Notes: generated by a model from the sequence alone, not told the origin. 61,519 nucleotides of DNA from Actinomycetota bacterium (GCA_036556805.1 DATBIS010000132.1:1-61519); one strand, 5' to 3'. Counted from the first letter of the stretch, positions 38,842-47,969 are shown. Made by a program: numbers and translations.

Positions 38842-39563
38842 GCGAGACCCCGCAGCAGGTCGACCAGACCGGCCGGACCCTCGACGACGAGGTCGGCGGC
38901 GTCGAGAAGCTCCGAGGGTGTCTCGTCGCCGCGCACGGCCACCTTCACGGTCGCGACGCCCCGCGCGTGGAGCCGATCCATCGCGTCGAAGGCGTCGGCG
39001 TCCGCAAGGTCGTCGCCCGCGTACAGCACGGCCCCGAGAGCGAGCTCGCCGGCGAGCCTCTCGACGGTTTCGCCTTTCCTCGGCCGTCCGGGCGGCACGA
39101 GCTCCACCACCCGCTTGCCCTCGACGAGCTCGAGGCCGGCGGAGGCAGCGACCGGAGCCAGTGCGGCGATCAACCGCGAGCGCGCGACCTGTGGGTCCTC
39201 GGCCTGCCGGTAGTGCACGGCGAGCGAGGCGCCCTTGTCCTCGACCCACGCCGCGGGCTCCGCAGCCGCTGCGGCCTCGACCCGAGGCAGCAGCGCGAGC
39301 GCGAGCTCCGGCGCGGCGTCCTGCATGCCGTACAGCCCCTCGTAGCGCAGGCCGTCGACGCCGAGCAGCGCGGCGACTTCTTCGGCGCGACGGCCCGTGA
39401 TCACCGCGACCACGGCGTACGAGCTCACGAGGGCGGCGAGCGCCTCACGCGCGCCCGGCGCGGGCTGCGCGAGCTCGGGCCGCGCGACGAGCTCTGCGAG
39501 CGTGCCGTCGAAGTCCAGCAGCAAGCCGGCGTGAGCCGCGTCGGCGCGGAGCGCCTCCAGCAC
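38838..39563 (-). CDS. otsB: Trehalose-6-phosphate phosphatase OtsB (HAD family)
   Basis: LLLDFDGTLAELV (HAD motif I), VITGRR, GKRVVELVPPGRPRKGETV, YAGDDLADADAF. The likely start is GTG 39563, just after the upstream TGA. Its TAG and the otsA TAG share one CTAG (38838-38841). Confidence 0.8.
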   Translation of the reverse strand: MLEALRADAAHAGLLLDFDGTLAELVARPELAQPAPGAREALAALVSSYAVVAVITGRRAEEVAALLGVDGLRYEGLYGMQDAAPELALALLPRVEAAAAAEPAAWVEDKGASLAVHYRQAEDPQVARSRLIAALAPVAASAGLELVEGKRVVELVPPGRPRKGETVERLAGELALGAVLYAGDDLADADAFDAMDRLHARGVATVKVAVRGDETPSELLDAADLVVEGPAGLVDLLRGLA

Positions 39564-39564
39564 G

Positions 39565-40098
39565 TCAGGCCGAGGGAATCTGGTCCTCGCCGAGCAACAC
39601 GACGACGTTCGCCTCCGCCGGTACGACGTCGCCCTCGATCTCGGGGCTGAGCTCGCGCACGGCCGCGCCGGCGTAGAACGTGTCGGCCACCCATTGCGCG
39701 TCCGATTCGTTCTGAGCCGCCCCGTCACCGCCGCGGAAGTACACGATGGTCTTCTTGGCTGGCTTCGTCGGGGCGTCTCCCGCCGCGACGTTCTGGTCGT
39801 TGAGCGCGGGCGTGAGGTCCTGATTCGCGAGGCGCTCGGCCTGGATGCCCGCGAGGCCTGTCGAGTTCGTGCCGTTCAGCACGAAGAAGTTGATCTTCTT
39901 CGCCGGCTGGGGGTCGGGCGGTGGCTCAGGTGTTGGGGTCGGCGACGTGCTCGGGGAGACGCTCGTCGAAGGGCTTGTCGTGCCGCCGGGGCCGCCGGCA
40001 GCCACGCCGCCGACGCTGGGGAAACCGCTCAAGAGGACGACGAGCCCGGCGACCACCAGCGCGGCCACGATCACGATGCGGGTGGTCCCGACGTTCAC
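39565..40098 (-). CDS. LytR_C-domain membrane-anchored protein
   Basis: N-terminal TM segment, a Pro/Ser/Thr linker, then INFFVLNGTNSTGLAGIQAERL...TIVYFRGGD...VVVLLGED, typical of the LytR/CpsA/Psr C-terminal domain. Confidence 0.75.
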   Translation of the reverse strand: MNVGTTRIVIVAALVVAGLVVLLSGFPSVGGVAAGGPGGTTSPSTSVSPSTSPTPTPEPPPDPQPAKKINFFVLNGTNSTGLAGIQAERLANQDLTPALNDQNVAAGDAPTKPAKKTIVYFRGGDGAAQNESDAQWVADTFYAGAAVRELSPEIEGDVVPAEANVVVLLGEDQIPSA

Positions 40099-40107
40099 CG
40101 GCTCATC

Positions 40108-40392
40108 CTACATGGGGAGCCCGAGCTGACCGGCCACGCGGCGACGGCGGCGCTCCTCGCGCACCCGCCGCAAGCGGCGGACGAGCATCGGGTCGAACGC
40201 GAGCGCCTCGGGGCGGTCGATGATGCGGTTGAGCAGCTGGTGGTAGCGCGCCGACGAGATCCCGAGCCGCTCGCGGATCTTGCGGCCCTTCGGGCCCGGA
40301 TCCCGCCACCAGGTTCGCTCGAACTCGAGAATCGCGCGGTCGCGGGGGTCGAGCGGGGCCCCCGGCGGCGCTTCGTTCGTGCTCGGGCTCAT
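40108..40392 (-). CDS. DUF3263-like small protein
   Basis: LDPRDRAILEFERTWWRDPGPKGRKIRERLGISSARYHQLLNRIIDRPEALAFDPMLVRRLRRVRE. ATG at 40392. Confidence 0.7.
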   Translation of the reverse strand: MSPSTNEAPPGAPLDPRDRAILEFERTWWRDPGPKGRKIRERLGISSARYHQLLNRIIDRPEALAFDPMLVRRLRRVREERRRRRVAGQLGLPM

Positions 40393-40468
40393 GCCCAGCG
40401 AGGCTAACAACCGCACGCCGCGGTTCAAGCACCCTCGGGTGCCCGTCGATGCCATCTCCTAGACAGCC

Positions 40469-42679
40469 ATGAGTGAGATCACGAAGGTCGAGATGCCCCG
40501 CGCGGACGAGGGCCAGGCCGGCGCCGGCGGCCCTCCGGGCGCGGACCCGTTCAAGTCCGTCGCGCAGCTCAACATGCTCCATAGCCTCGCGGCGAAGCTG
40601 AACCGGCTGGACTCGGTCGCCGACATCGGGAGCGCGATCACCGATGAGCTCCGCACGATCCTCGACTACCACAACTGCCGCGTCTACGTGCTGCGGGAGG
40701 ACGGCCGCACGCTGACGCCGGTTGCCTTCCGCGGCGAGCTCTTCTCGGAGTACGAGAGCGAGACGCCGGAGGAGCTCATCACGACCGTGGGTGAGGGCAT
40801 CACGGGCTGGGTCGCCGAGCACCGCGAGTCGCTCGTCACGCCCGACGCGCGCGAGGTGGAGTTCGCGATCACGATCCCGGGCACCGACGACGACATCCTC
40901 GAGTCGATGCTCGCGGTGCCGATGCTCGCGGGCGACCAGGTCATCGGCGTGATCGTCCTGTCGAGCCTCGGCTACGACCAGTTCGACGAGGACGATCAGC
41001 GCATGCTGGAGGTGCTCGCGTCGCACGCGGCGGTCGCGTTCGAAAACGCGAACCTCTTGCAGGCCGAGCGGGAGACCGCACACGCCTCGACGGCGCTGCT
41101 TCAGCTCCTCCAAGCGCTCACCGGCATCCACTCCGTCGAGGGCATCCTCGACGAGGCGTTGAAGACGATCCCCGAGATCATGGAGCCACGCACGGTCCTC
41201 GCGTACGTGCGAAACCACGAGTCGGGCGCGTTCGCGCTCACCTCGTTCCGCGACCACGGCTCCATCCGACGGGAGGACGTCGCCGACGTGCCCGAGGGGG
41301 TCGCGAACCAGTTCCTGCTGTCGTTCACGGAGCCGTTCGTCCTCCCCAGGGAGGTCGTCCAGGACGTCCCGCCCGAGTACCGCGTGGTGCCGGTCGACAG
41401 CGACGTGCTCGTGGCGCCGCTGCGCTGGGAGCCCGACGGCTTCGGAGCGCTCGTGTTGCTCGCCTCCTCGCCCGAGCACCACTTCGAGGAGCGCGATCAC
41501 CGGCTCGCGCGGGGGATCGCCGACATCACTTCGCTCGCACTCGGTAACGCCAGCCGCTTCCAGCAGCTCGAGCGGTTCCACGACCTCGTGGAGAGCCTCG
41601 ACGCCGTGTTCTGGGAGGCCGAGGGTCCCGACCTGTCGTTCTCGTTCGTGTCGCGACGCGCCACCGAGCTGCTGGCCGCACCGCCGGAGCGGTGGATCGA
41701 GCGCTCGTGGGGCGAGCACATCCGCGAGGAGGATCGCGGGGACGCCGTGGCCGCCTGCCGCGCCGTGGGCGAGCTCGGCGACCAGAGCATCGAGTACCGG
41801 GTCGCCGCGCCGGGCGGCCGCACCGTCTGGGTGCGCGACCTCGTGCACGCGGTGAAGACCGCCGACCCCACGCACGTCCGGCTACGCGGGCTGATGCTCG
41901 ACGTCACCGAGCGCAAGCGCGCGGAGCAGGCGCTCCGGCGGAGCGAGCGGAAGTACTCGGACGCGTTCCGGCGCGAACGCGAGGCGGCGCAGCGCCTGCG
42001 CGCGCTCGACGACATGAAGAACACGTTCCTCGAGGCCGTGTCTCACGACCTTCGGACGCCGCTCACGTCGATCCTGGGCTCCGCGCTCACGCTCGAGCGC
42101 ACCGAGCTCGATCTCCCGAGGACCGACGCCATCGACCTCGTGCAGCGGATCGCCGCGAACGCGCGCAAGCTGGAGCGGCTGCTCTCCGACCTTCTGGACC
42201 TCGACAGGCTTCAGCGCGGCATCATCACGCCGCAGCGCCGCGCGACCGACATCGATGCTCTCGTGCGCCACAGCGTCGACGAGGCCGTCGAGCACTGGAA
42301 GCGACCCGTCGCGCTCGACGTGCAGCCGATGACCGTGCCGATCGATGCCGCGAAGGTCGAGCGCATCCTCGAAAACCTCCTTTCGAACGCGATGCGCCAC
42401 ACGCCGGAAGGCACCCGCGTGTGGGTGCACGCCTACCCTCAGGATGGCGGCGTGCTGCTGGTGGTCGAAGACGAGGGCCCCGGGGTGCCCGAGGACATGC
42501 GAGAGGCGATCTTCGAGCCGTTCCGCCAGGTCCCCGGGTCCCGTTCGGAGCACTCCCCGGGCGTGGGCGTCGGCCTCTCGCTCGTGAAGCGCTTCGCCGA
42601 GCTCCACGGCGGGCGCGTGTGGATGCAGGAGCGCGAGCGCGGCGGTTCGTCCTTCCGCGTGTTCCTGCCGGCCGGTTAG
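40469..42679 (+). CDS. Soluble sensor histidine kinase (GAF-GAF-PAS-HisKA-HATPase)
   Basis: H-box FLEAVSHDLRTPLTSILG, N-box LLSNAMRHTPEG, G-boxes VEDEGPGVP and GVGLSLV. There is no TM segment and no cognate regulator adjacent. Confidence 0.85.
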   Translation: MSEITKVEMPRADEGQAGAGGPPGADPFKSVAQLNMLHSLAAKLNRLDSVADIGSAITDELRTILDYHNCRVYVLREDGRTLTPVAFRGELFSEYESETPEELITTVGEGITGWVAEHRESLVTPDAREVEFAITIPGTDDDILESMLAVPMLAGDQVIGVIVLSSLGYDQFDEDDQRMLEVLASHAAVAFENANLLQAERETAHASTALLQLLQALTGIHSVEGILDEALKTIPEIMEPRTVLAYVRNHESGAFALTSFRDHGSIRREDVADVPEGVANQFLLSFTEPFVLPREVVQDVPPEYRVVPVDSDVLVAPLRWEPDGFGALVLLASSPEHHFEERDHRLARGIADITSLALGNASRFQQLERFHDLVESLDAVFWEAEGPDLSFSFVSRRATELLAAPPERWIERSWGEHIREEDRGDAVAACRAVGELGDQSIEYRVAAPGGRTVWVRDLVHAVKTADPTHVRLRGLMLDVTERKRAEQALRRSERKYSDAFRREREAAQRLRALDDMKNTFLEAVSHDLRTPLTSILGSALTLERTELDLPRTDAIDLVQRIAANARKLERLLSDLLDLDRLQRGIITPQRRATDIDALVRHSVDEAVEHWKRPVALDVQPMTVPIDAAKVERILENLLSNAMRHTPEGTRVWVHAYPQDGGVLLVVEDEGPGVPEDMREAIFEPFRQVPGSRSEHSPGVGVGLSLVKRFAELHGGRVWMQERERGGSSFRVFLPAG

Positions 42680-42686
42680 CTACCCG

Positions 42687-42956
42687 TTACTCGCCCGGCA
42701 TCTCCGGCTCGGCCGGCTTCTCCATGTCGGCGGCGATCTGCATCTCGAGGTCCTTGATCTGGGCGATCATCTCTTCGCCGTCGGGCCCGGCCGTGCCGTT
42801 GCCCGCCACCACGAGATAGCCGAGCTGCTTCGCGAGATCGTCGGCCTTGCGGCGCAGCTGGACGTCGCCGACCTTCTCCTTCGCGGCGGCCGCACCCTTC
42901 TTGCCGGCTTCGACGGCCGTGCCTGCGGCCTCCTTCACCTTGTCGAGCAATCCCAT
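42687..42956 (-). CDS. Small Lys/Ala/Glu-rich hypothetical protein (89 aa)
   Basis: GGAGGTGA SD. MGLLDKVKEAAGTAVEAGKKGAAAAKEKVGDVQLRRKADDLAKQLGYLVV... High GC3. Confidence 0.5.
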   Translation of the reverse strand: MGLLDKVKEAAGTAVEAGKKGAAAAKEKVGDVQLRRKADDLAKQLGYLVVAGNGTAGPDGEEMIAQIKDLEMQIAADMEKPAEPEMPGE

Positions 42957-43036
42957 CGTTCACCTCCGCGCTCCGATGCTTCGATACCCACACGGTATCG
43001 CGCCCGCTGAGGAAGCGCGAACCCGGCCCACCTCGG

Positions 43037-43606
43037 CTACAAGCAGAGTGCCGGGCGAGTCGCGTAGGCGGCTTGCTGAATGGTCCGGCCATCCGTGACG
43101 AAGATCGCGGCGTCGGCGAGCGAAGGCGACAGCCACAGCTGCCATTCGCTTCGGTGGAACCCGGTGTATCGGGCATCGGCTGGCATCTCGATCACGCCGG
43201 GGGTCGTCGCGAGGTTCTCGGGTGGGTAACCGGTCCCCCTTTGCAAGACGTAGACCCGGATCGTGTCCGGGCCCAACTGATTCTTGCCCAAAGGGACGCC
43301 GAACGGCCAGGCAAGGACGAAGGTGACGGCGCCCGGATGGCATTGGATGATCCCCTTTCTCTTCCCTCGGGTGACCGAGAGGACGAACGGTTGACCGTCG
43401 GGGACCGGAGACCCGTCGAGTTCAAACCACCGACCAGCCAGGTTCCGGAGGATCAGCGCAGCCTGGTCGGCTGACGGGACAGGATGTGGCGAAAGCGAGT
43501 TGGTAGCAGGGCTCGCGTCCGTGGCCGACTGCTGGAGTGCTCCCGTGCAGGTCGTTGCCGACAAGATCGCAGCGAGCAGAAGGACTCTGCCCCCGACATG
43601 CCGCAT
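43037..43606 (-). CDS. Secreted hypothetical protein within the lower-GC patch
   Basis: Signal-like N-terminus MRHVGGRVLLLAAILSATTC. No recognisable domain. Codon GC3 is visibly lower than in neighbouring genes. Confidence 0.5.
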   Translation of the reverse strand: MRHVGGRVLLLAAILSATTCTGALQQSATDASPATNSLSPHPVPSADQAALILRNLAGRWFELDGSPVPDGQPFVLSVTRGKRKGIIQCHPGAVTFVLAWPFGVPLGKNQLGPDTIRVYVLQRGTGYPPENLATTPGVIEMPADARYTGFHRSEWQLWLSPSLADAAIFVTDGRTIQQAAYATRPALCL

Positions 43607-43804
43607 AGCAACTTCCGCCTCCCCATGACGATGGTCGGCTCTAGCCTCGCCCCTCGACCCTTCTCGAGCGAGAGGGACTCTCCCCTACGTTGCGTGGCCT
43701 CGGTTCGCCGCGGAGCTCAAGAGATCCTCGCAGTTCAGAAGGTATTTCCCGCCTTGACCTTGCCGTCGAGTGCGATCTAGCGTCCTGGCTAGGGGAGGCC
43801 TTGC

Positions 43805-44237
43805 ATGGAGCAGGCAGGCGCCGAGCGAGTTCGCCGTTTCCGATGGGTCCAGCTTGGAATCGACGGAGCCCTGGTCTTCGCCGCATACCTGGTGGCACTC
43901 ACCCTGAGATTCGATGGGCAGGTTCCAGTCCGATACTGGGAGCATTTCTGGCGACTGATTCCAGCGCTGATCGTCTCGTACCTCGTCGCGAATTTGGGTC
44001 TTCGGTCTCTATGGCGCGGATTGGCCCGACAGGTGGTCGGAGATCCAGCGCACGCTGCAGGTGGGCCTCGTGATCACGCTTCTCGCCGTCATCGTCCTCG
44101 TTGCATTCATCGGCCAGTCGCTTCGGCCGCTGCCGCTCGGTGTGGTCATCCTTGGCAGCCTGGGCTCGACCGCTGGGTTCGCGCTTTCCAGACAGGGACG
44201 TGGTGGACGAACGAACCAGAGTGGCAGTGAGGTCTGA
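43805..44237 (+). pseudogene. Frameshifted, 3'-truncated remnant of a CapD/PglF/WbpM-type polysaccharide biosynthesis gene (N-terminal membrane domain only)
   Basis: Frame 1 gives RFRWVQLGIDGALVFAAYLVALTLRFDGQVPVRYWEHFWRLIPALIVSYLVAN. After the aattt run near 43991-43995 the homology continues in another frame: WVFGLYGADWPDRWSEIQRTLQVGLVITLLAVIVLVAFIGQSLRPLPLGVVILGSLGSTAGFALSR. This ends at TGA 44235-44237. The Rossmann/dehydratase part is absent, because the tRNA follows 17 nt later. Confidence 0.5.
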
Positions 44238-44253
44238 GGTACGGCAGACTCAG

Positions 44254-44327
44254 AGCCGGCGGTCGGATTCGAACCGACGACCTAGCGATTACAAGTCGCT
44301 TGCGCTACCGGGCTGCGCCACGCCGGC
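44254..44327 (-). tRNA. tRNA-Thr (anticodon UGU), no encoded CCA
   Basis: Manual fold: GCCGGCG-TG-GCGC-AGCCCGGTA-GCGC-A-AGCGA-CTTGTAA-TCGCT-AGGTC-GTCGG-TTCGAAT-CCGAC-CGCCGGC-T. All stems are Watson-Crick and the length is 74 nt. Confidence 0.93.
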
Positions 44328-44337
44328 CGGGTCGAGT

Positions 44338-45108
44338 CTAACCCCAGTCCCTGCCCCTTCCTGAAGGCCGGGAACCACGGGACGGGAGCACGTACGCGTA
44401 CAGCGCCGCCGCGAGCGACGCCGACACGTTGAGCGACCCGACCCGTCCTCGCATCGGCAGCGCCACGAGGAGATCACAGCGCTCGCGAACGAGACGGGAC
44501 AGCCCCTTCCCCTCCGACCCAGCCACGAGCGCCACGCGTCCGTCCGGACAGGGTTCGTCCTCGATCGTCGTCGGAGCGGACCCCTCCAGCCCGACGCTCG
44601 TGAAGCCGGCATCGCGGAGGCGGTCGAGGGCTCGGGAGATGTTCGCGACGCGAGCCTGCGGGAGATGCAGGAGCGCTCCCGCCGAGGCGCGGAGCGCCGC
44701 GGGCGTCACGCCCGCGGCGCGGTGGGTTCTCGTCACGAGCATCGCGACGCCCGCCGCCTCACACGACCGGGCGGCCGCACCGAGGTTCTGCGGGTCCTCC
44801 ACGCCGTCGAGCACCACCACGATCGCCTCGTCGTCGAACGCGTGCGTCGCGAGCTCGCGCTCGCTGAGCGGCGTCACGGGTCGCGCGAGCGTCGCCACGA
44901 CGCCGCGGTGATCGGGCGCCAAGGCATCCAGCTCGTTCCGGGATCGCTCGAGCACGGGCAGACCGGCTCGCCGGGCGCCGTCGAGCACGGTTCGCAATCC
45001 TTGGGTGGGCTTCGCACCGGCGGCCACGAGCACCTCGACGACTCGGCCGGACTCGATCGCCTCCGCAACCGCGCGGCGGCCCGCGACGACCGGCGTCCGA
45101 GGGCTCAC
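44338..45108 (-). CDS. rlmB: 23S rRNA 2'-O-methyltransferase, TrmH/SpoU family (RlmB-like)
   Basis: VAGRRAVAEAIESGRVVEVLV is the SpoU substrate-binding N-terminus. VVLDGVEDPQNLGAAARS, LVAGSEGKGLS and IPMRG-like LPMRGRVGSLNVSASLAAALY are present. The GTG overlaps the ispF TGA (GTGA). Confidence 0.8.
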   Translation of the reverse strand: MSPRTPVVAGRRAVAEAIESGRVVEVLVAAGAKPTQGLRTVLDGARRAGLPVLERSRNELDALAPDHRGVVATLARPVTPLSERELATHAFDDEAIVVVLDGVEDPQNLGAAARSCEAAGVAMLVTRTHRAAGVTPAALRASAGALLHLPQARVANISRALDRLRDAGFTSVGLEGSAPTTIEDEPCPDGRVALVAGSEGKGLSRLVRERCDLLVALPMRGRVGSLNVSASLAAALYAYVLPSRGSRPSGRGRDWG

Positions 45109-45584
45109 TCGATCGTGGCGATCGCGAGGCACCCGATCCCCTCGCCCGTCAGACCCAGCCCCTCGGGCCGTGTGGCCTTCACCGACATGCGATCCATGGG
45201 GACGCCGAGCACCTCGACGAGCGCCGCGCGAAGTTCGTCTCGCCGGGGTGCGATCGCCGGTCGCTCGCACAACACGGTCGCGTCGCACGACGTCGGCGCG
45301 AAGCCGCGTTCGCGAACGAGCGCGACCGCTCGCCGGAGCAGCGACGTCCCCTCGATGCCCTGGAGATCCGGATCGTCGTCCGGGAAGTGTGTGCCGAGGT
45401 CCCCGAGCGCCGCGGCGCCCAGCAAGGCGTCGGCGATCGCGTGGCAGACGACGTCGCCGTCGGAGTGGCCCGCGAGACCGTCCTCGCCGTCGAAGCGCAC
45501 GCCGCCGAGCCAGAGCGGCCGGCCGGATGCGGTCGGGTGCACGTCGAATCCGAGTCCGACGCGGGGTTCACCCAAGAAGATCAC
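45105..45584 (-). CDS. ispF: 2-C-methyl-D-erythritol 2,4-cyclodiphosphate synthase
   Basis: GLGFDVH...GHSDGDVVCHAIADALLGAAALGDLGTHFPDDDP...VKATRPEGLGLTG. Confidence 0.9.
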   Translation of the reverse strand: MIFLGEPRVGLGFDVHPTASGRPLWLGGVRFDGEDGLAGHSDGDVVCHAIADALLGAAALGDLGTHFPDDDPDLQGIEGTSLLRRAVALVRERGFAPTSCDATVLCERPAIAPRRDELRAALVEVLGVPMDRMSVKATRPEGLGLTGEGIGCLAIATIE

Positions 45585-46263
45585 CGGACATGCGGGCCTC
45601 GGCGCTCGCGAGGTCGCCGATCGTCGTGATCTTGACGTTGCCGGGGTCGCCCGCGACGGTCCCGACGCGATACCCCGCCCACTCGAGCACCGCCGCGTCG
45701 TCGGTGAAGTCGAGGCCGGCGCCCGCCGCGCGCGCGTGCGCGTCGAGGAACGGCCCGATGCGAAACGCCTGCGGCGTCTGCGCCTGTCCGAGCTGCTCCC
45801 GAGGCACCGTCTCGACGACCACGCCGCTCTGGACGCGCTTGATCGTGTCGAGGATCGGCATCACCGGGATCACGCCGTCCACCTCGCCGTTGAGCGCGTC
45901 GAACACCGCCGTGAAGAGGTCGGGCGGGACGAACGGCCGCGCGGCGTCGTGGCACGCGACGGCCTCGACGTCGTCGGAGAGCGCCGCGATCGCGGCGCGC
46001 ACCGACGCGTGGCGCGTGAGCCCGCCACCGATGATCACCACGGGCTTGGCGAGGCCCTCGAGGAGCGGCCGCGCGCGTTGCTCCCAGCCCTCGGGCGCCG
46101 TCACGATGAGGCCGTCGACCGCCGGCGAAGCCGCGGCCGCCGCCGCGGCAAGCGAGAGCATCGAGCGGCCTCCGACGTGCAGGAACGCCTTCGGCTCGTC
46201 CGCACCCAGACGCCTTCCGGCGCCGGCGGCGAGCACGATCGCAACGCGACGAACGACGAACAT
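45568..46263 (-). CDS. ispD: 2-C-methyl-D-erythritol 4-phosphate cytidylyltransferase
   Basis: VAIVLAAGAGRRLG...PKAFL, ...LTRHASV, ...DAARPFV, ...QTPQAF. Confidence 0.9.
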   Translation of the reverse strand: MFVVRRVAIVLAAGAGRRLGADEPKAFLHVGGRSMLSLAAAAAAASPAVDGLIVTAPEGWEQRARPLLEGLAKPVVIIGGGLTRHASVRAAIAALSDDVEAVACHDAARPFVPPDLFTAVFDALNGEVDGVIPVMPILDTIKRVQSGVVVETVPREQLGQAQTPQAFRIGPFLDAHARAAGAGLDFTDDAAVLEWAGYRVGTVAGDPGNVKITTIGDLASAEARMSGDLLG

Positions 46264-46274
46264 CGAGGCGGAGT

Positions 46275-47354
46275 CTAGGCTCCGGCGACGGCGAGCGCGG
46301 CGAACACCATCCGGCCGGTGGTGGTCTGGATGACGTTCGTCACGCGAACGGCGACGTCGTCGCCGATGTGGCGCGTGGCGTCCTCGACGACGACCATCGT
46401 GCCGTCGTCGAGATAGCCGACGCCCTGCCCGTGCTCCCGCCCCTCCTTCACGAGGTGCACCGAGATCTCGTCGCCGGCGGTGAAGGGCATGCGGAACTTC
46501 GTCGCGAGCGCGTTGATCTGCGCGACGGGGACGCGCAGCGCCTCGGCGACCTTCGCGAGGTTCGCGTCCACCGTCACGAGCGATCCGCCCCGTTCGCGCG
46601 CGAGCCGCACGAGCGCAGCGTCCACGTCCATGACGCCGGCCTCCTCGACGAGCTGCACGTCGATCGTCGGCGCGCGCTGGAGCTCCGCGAGCACGTCGAG
46701 TCCCCGCCGGCCGCGTGAGCGCCGCCGATGGTCCGACGAGTCGGCGATGGCCTGGAGCTCACGCAGCACGCCGTCGTGCAGCAGCACCGTGCCCGCGACG
46801 AAGCCGGTCGCGACGAGGTCCGTCACCCTCCCGTCGATGAGAGCGCTCGTGTCCACCACGTGGAGATCACCGCGCGCCGCGGCCGACGCGCGAGGCTTCA
46901 AGCCGAACATGCCGAAGAGCTCCTCGTGCTTCTCGACGCCGATCCGATAGCCGAGCGAGCCGAGCGTGAGATACACGAAGACGATCGCCGGCCACGCCGC
47001 GCCGCCGGGGAGGAACAGCAGCGGGATCATGATCAGCGCGGCCATCAGCATCCCGGTGAGGAAGCCCACCGTGCCGCCTGCGAGCGCCGCGACCGGCCTG
47101 CGTCGGAGCTCGCGCTCCATCCCCGAGACGGCTCGCACCGTGAGGCGACCGAAGACGCCCCCAATCACGTAGCCGCACGCGGATCCGAGGAAGATGAACA
47201 GGAGGGTCCGGCCGTTCGTCGCGCTTCCCTCGGCGTACCCGAGCCGGTAACCGGCCGTCCCGAGGAGGGTGATGAAGATGAGACGGACGCCCTCGACCAG
47301 GCGTCCGCGAGGGACGTTCCGATCCCGCTCGTGCGTGGCCATGCGCTCCCCCAC
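46275..47354 (-). CDS. PIN- and TRAM-domain integral membrane protein (YacL-like)
   Basis: Four N-terminal TM helices, a PIN core (VVDTSALIDGRV...), and a C-terminal TRAM segment (EISVHLVKEGREHGQGVGYLDDGTMVVVEDA...VRVTNVIQTTTGRMVFA). Confidence 0.8.
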   Translation of the reverse strand: MGERMATHERDRNVPRGRLVEGVRLIFITLLGTAGYRLGYAEGSATNGRTLLFIFLGSACGYVIGGVFGRLTVRAVSGMERELRRRPVAALAGGTVGFLTGMLMAALIMIPLLFLPGGAAWPAIVFVYLTLGSLGYRIGVEKHEELFGMFGLKPRASAAARGDLHVVDTSALIDGRVTDLVATGFVAGTVLLHDGVLRELQAIADSSDHRRRSRGRRGLDVLAELQRAPTIDVQLVEEAGVMDVDAALVRLARERGGSLVTVDANLAKVAEALRVPVAQINALATKFRMPFTAGDEISVHLVKEGREHGQGVGYLDDGTMVVVEDATRHIGDDVAVRVTNVIQTTTGRMVFAALAVAGA

Positions 47355-47459
47355 GGCCCTCCCTGGGGTTGTCCGGATTCCCTACGAGCATCGGCCCGCC
47401 GAGCGGGGGACCTGAATCCGGGCGCGCCCGACCAGCCTGGGAGCGGCTGGAGCGGTTGG

Positions 47460-47969
47460 TCAGGCCTGCGCGGCGAGCTTGCTGCCGTGGGCCTCTTCGA
47501 GGACGTCGTCGATCATGATCTCGGCGTCCTCCTCGCTCTTGCCCGTGGCGTAGGAGAGCTCGGAGATGAGGATCTGGCGCGCCTTCTGGATCATGCGCTT
47601 CTCGCCCGCCGAGAGGCCCTTCTCGCGGTCGCGGATCGCGAGGTTCCGCAGGACCTCGGCGACCTGGTAGGGGTCGCCGGAGTGCAGCTTCTCCATGTTG
47701 TTCTTGAAGCGGCGGCTCCAGTTCGCGGCCATCGAGGACTCGTCCTCGGTGAGCACCTTGAGGACCTTCTTGACCTCGTTCTTGCTCACGACCTGCCGAA
47801 GGCCGACCTCTTCGGTGGAATCGACGGGGATCATCAAGGTGAGATCGCCGTAGGCCACCCGGAGGACCAGGTACTTCCGCTTCTCGCCGAGGAACTCCCT
47901 GTCGCGGAGCTCCTCGATGACTGCGGCTCCATGTTCCGGATGCACAACGGTATCGCCCTTGCGGAACAC
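47460..47969 (-). CDS. carD: CarD-family RNA polymerase-binding transcription regulator
   Basis: FRKGDTVVHPEHGAAVIEELRDREFLGEKRKYLVLRVAYGDLTLMIPV...RNLAIRDREKGLSAGEKRM. The GTG at 47969 follows GGGGAGGA. Confidence 0.9.
   Translation of the reverse strand: MFRKGDTVVHPEHGAAVIEELRDREFLGEKRKYLVLRVAYGDLTLMIPVDSTEEVGLRQVVSKNEVKKVLKVLTEDESSMAANWSRRFKNNMEKLHSGDPYQVAEVLRNLAIRDREKGLSAGEKRMIQKARQILISELSYATGKSEEDAEIMIDDVLEEAHGSKLAAQA

Noticed and set aside
42957-44337. An intact integrative element or prophage at tRNA-Thr.
   Set aside because: There is no integrase, excisionase or phage gene, and I could not find a direct repeat of the tRNA 3' end in the adjacent 1.5 kb. Only a decayed remnant is supported.
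44101-44364. An 87-aa ORF overlapping the tRNA-Thr gene.
   Set aside because: It reads straight through the tRNA on the opposite strand, and the tRNA fold is unambiguous.
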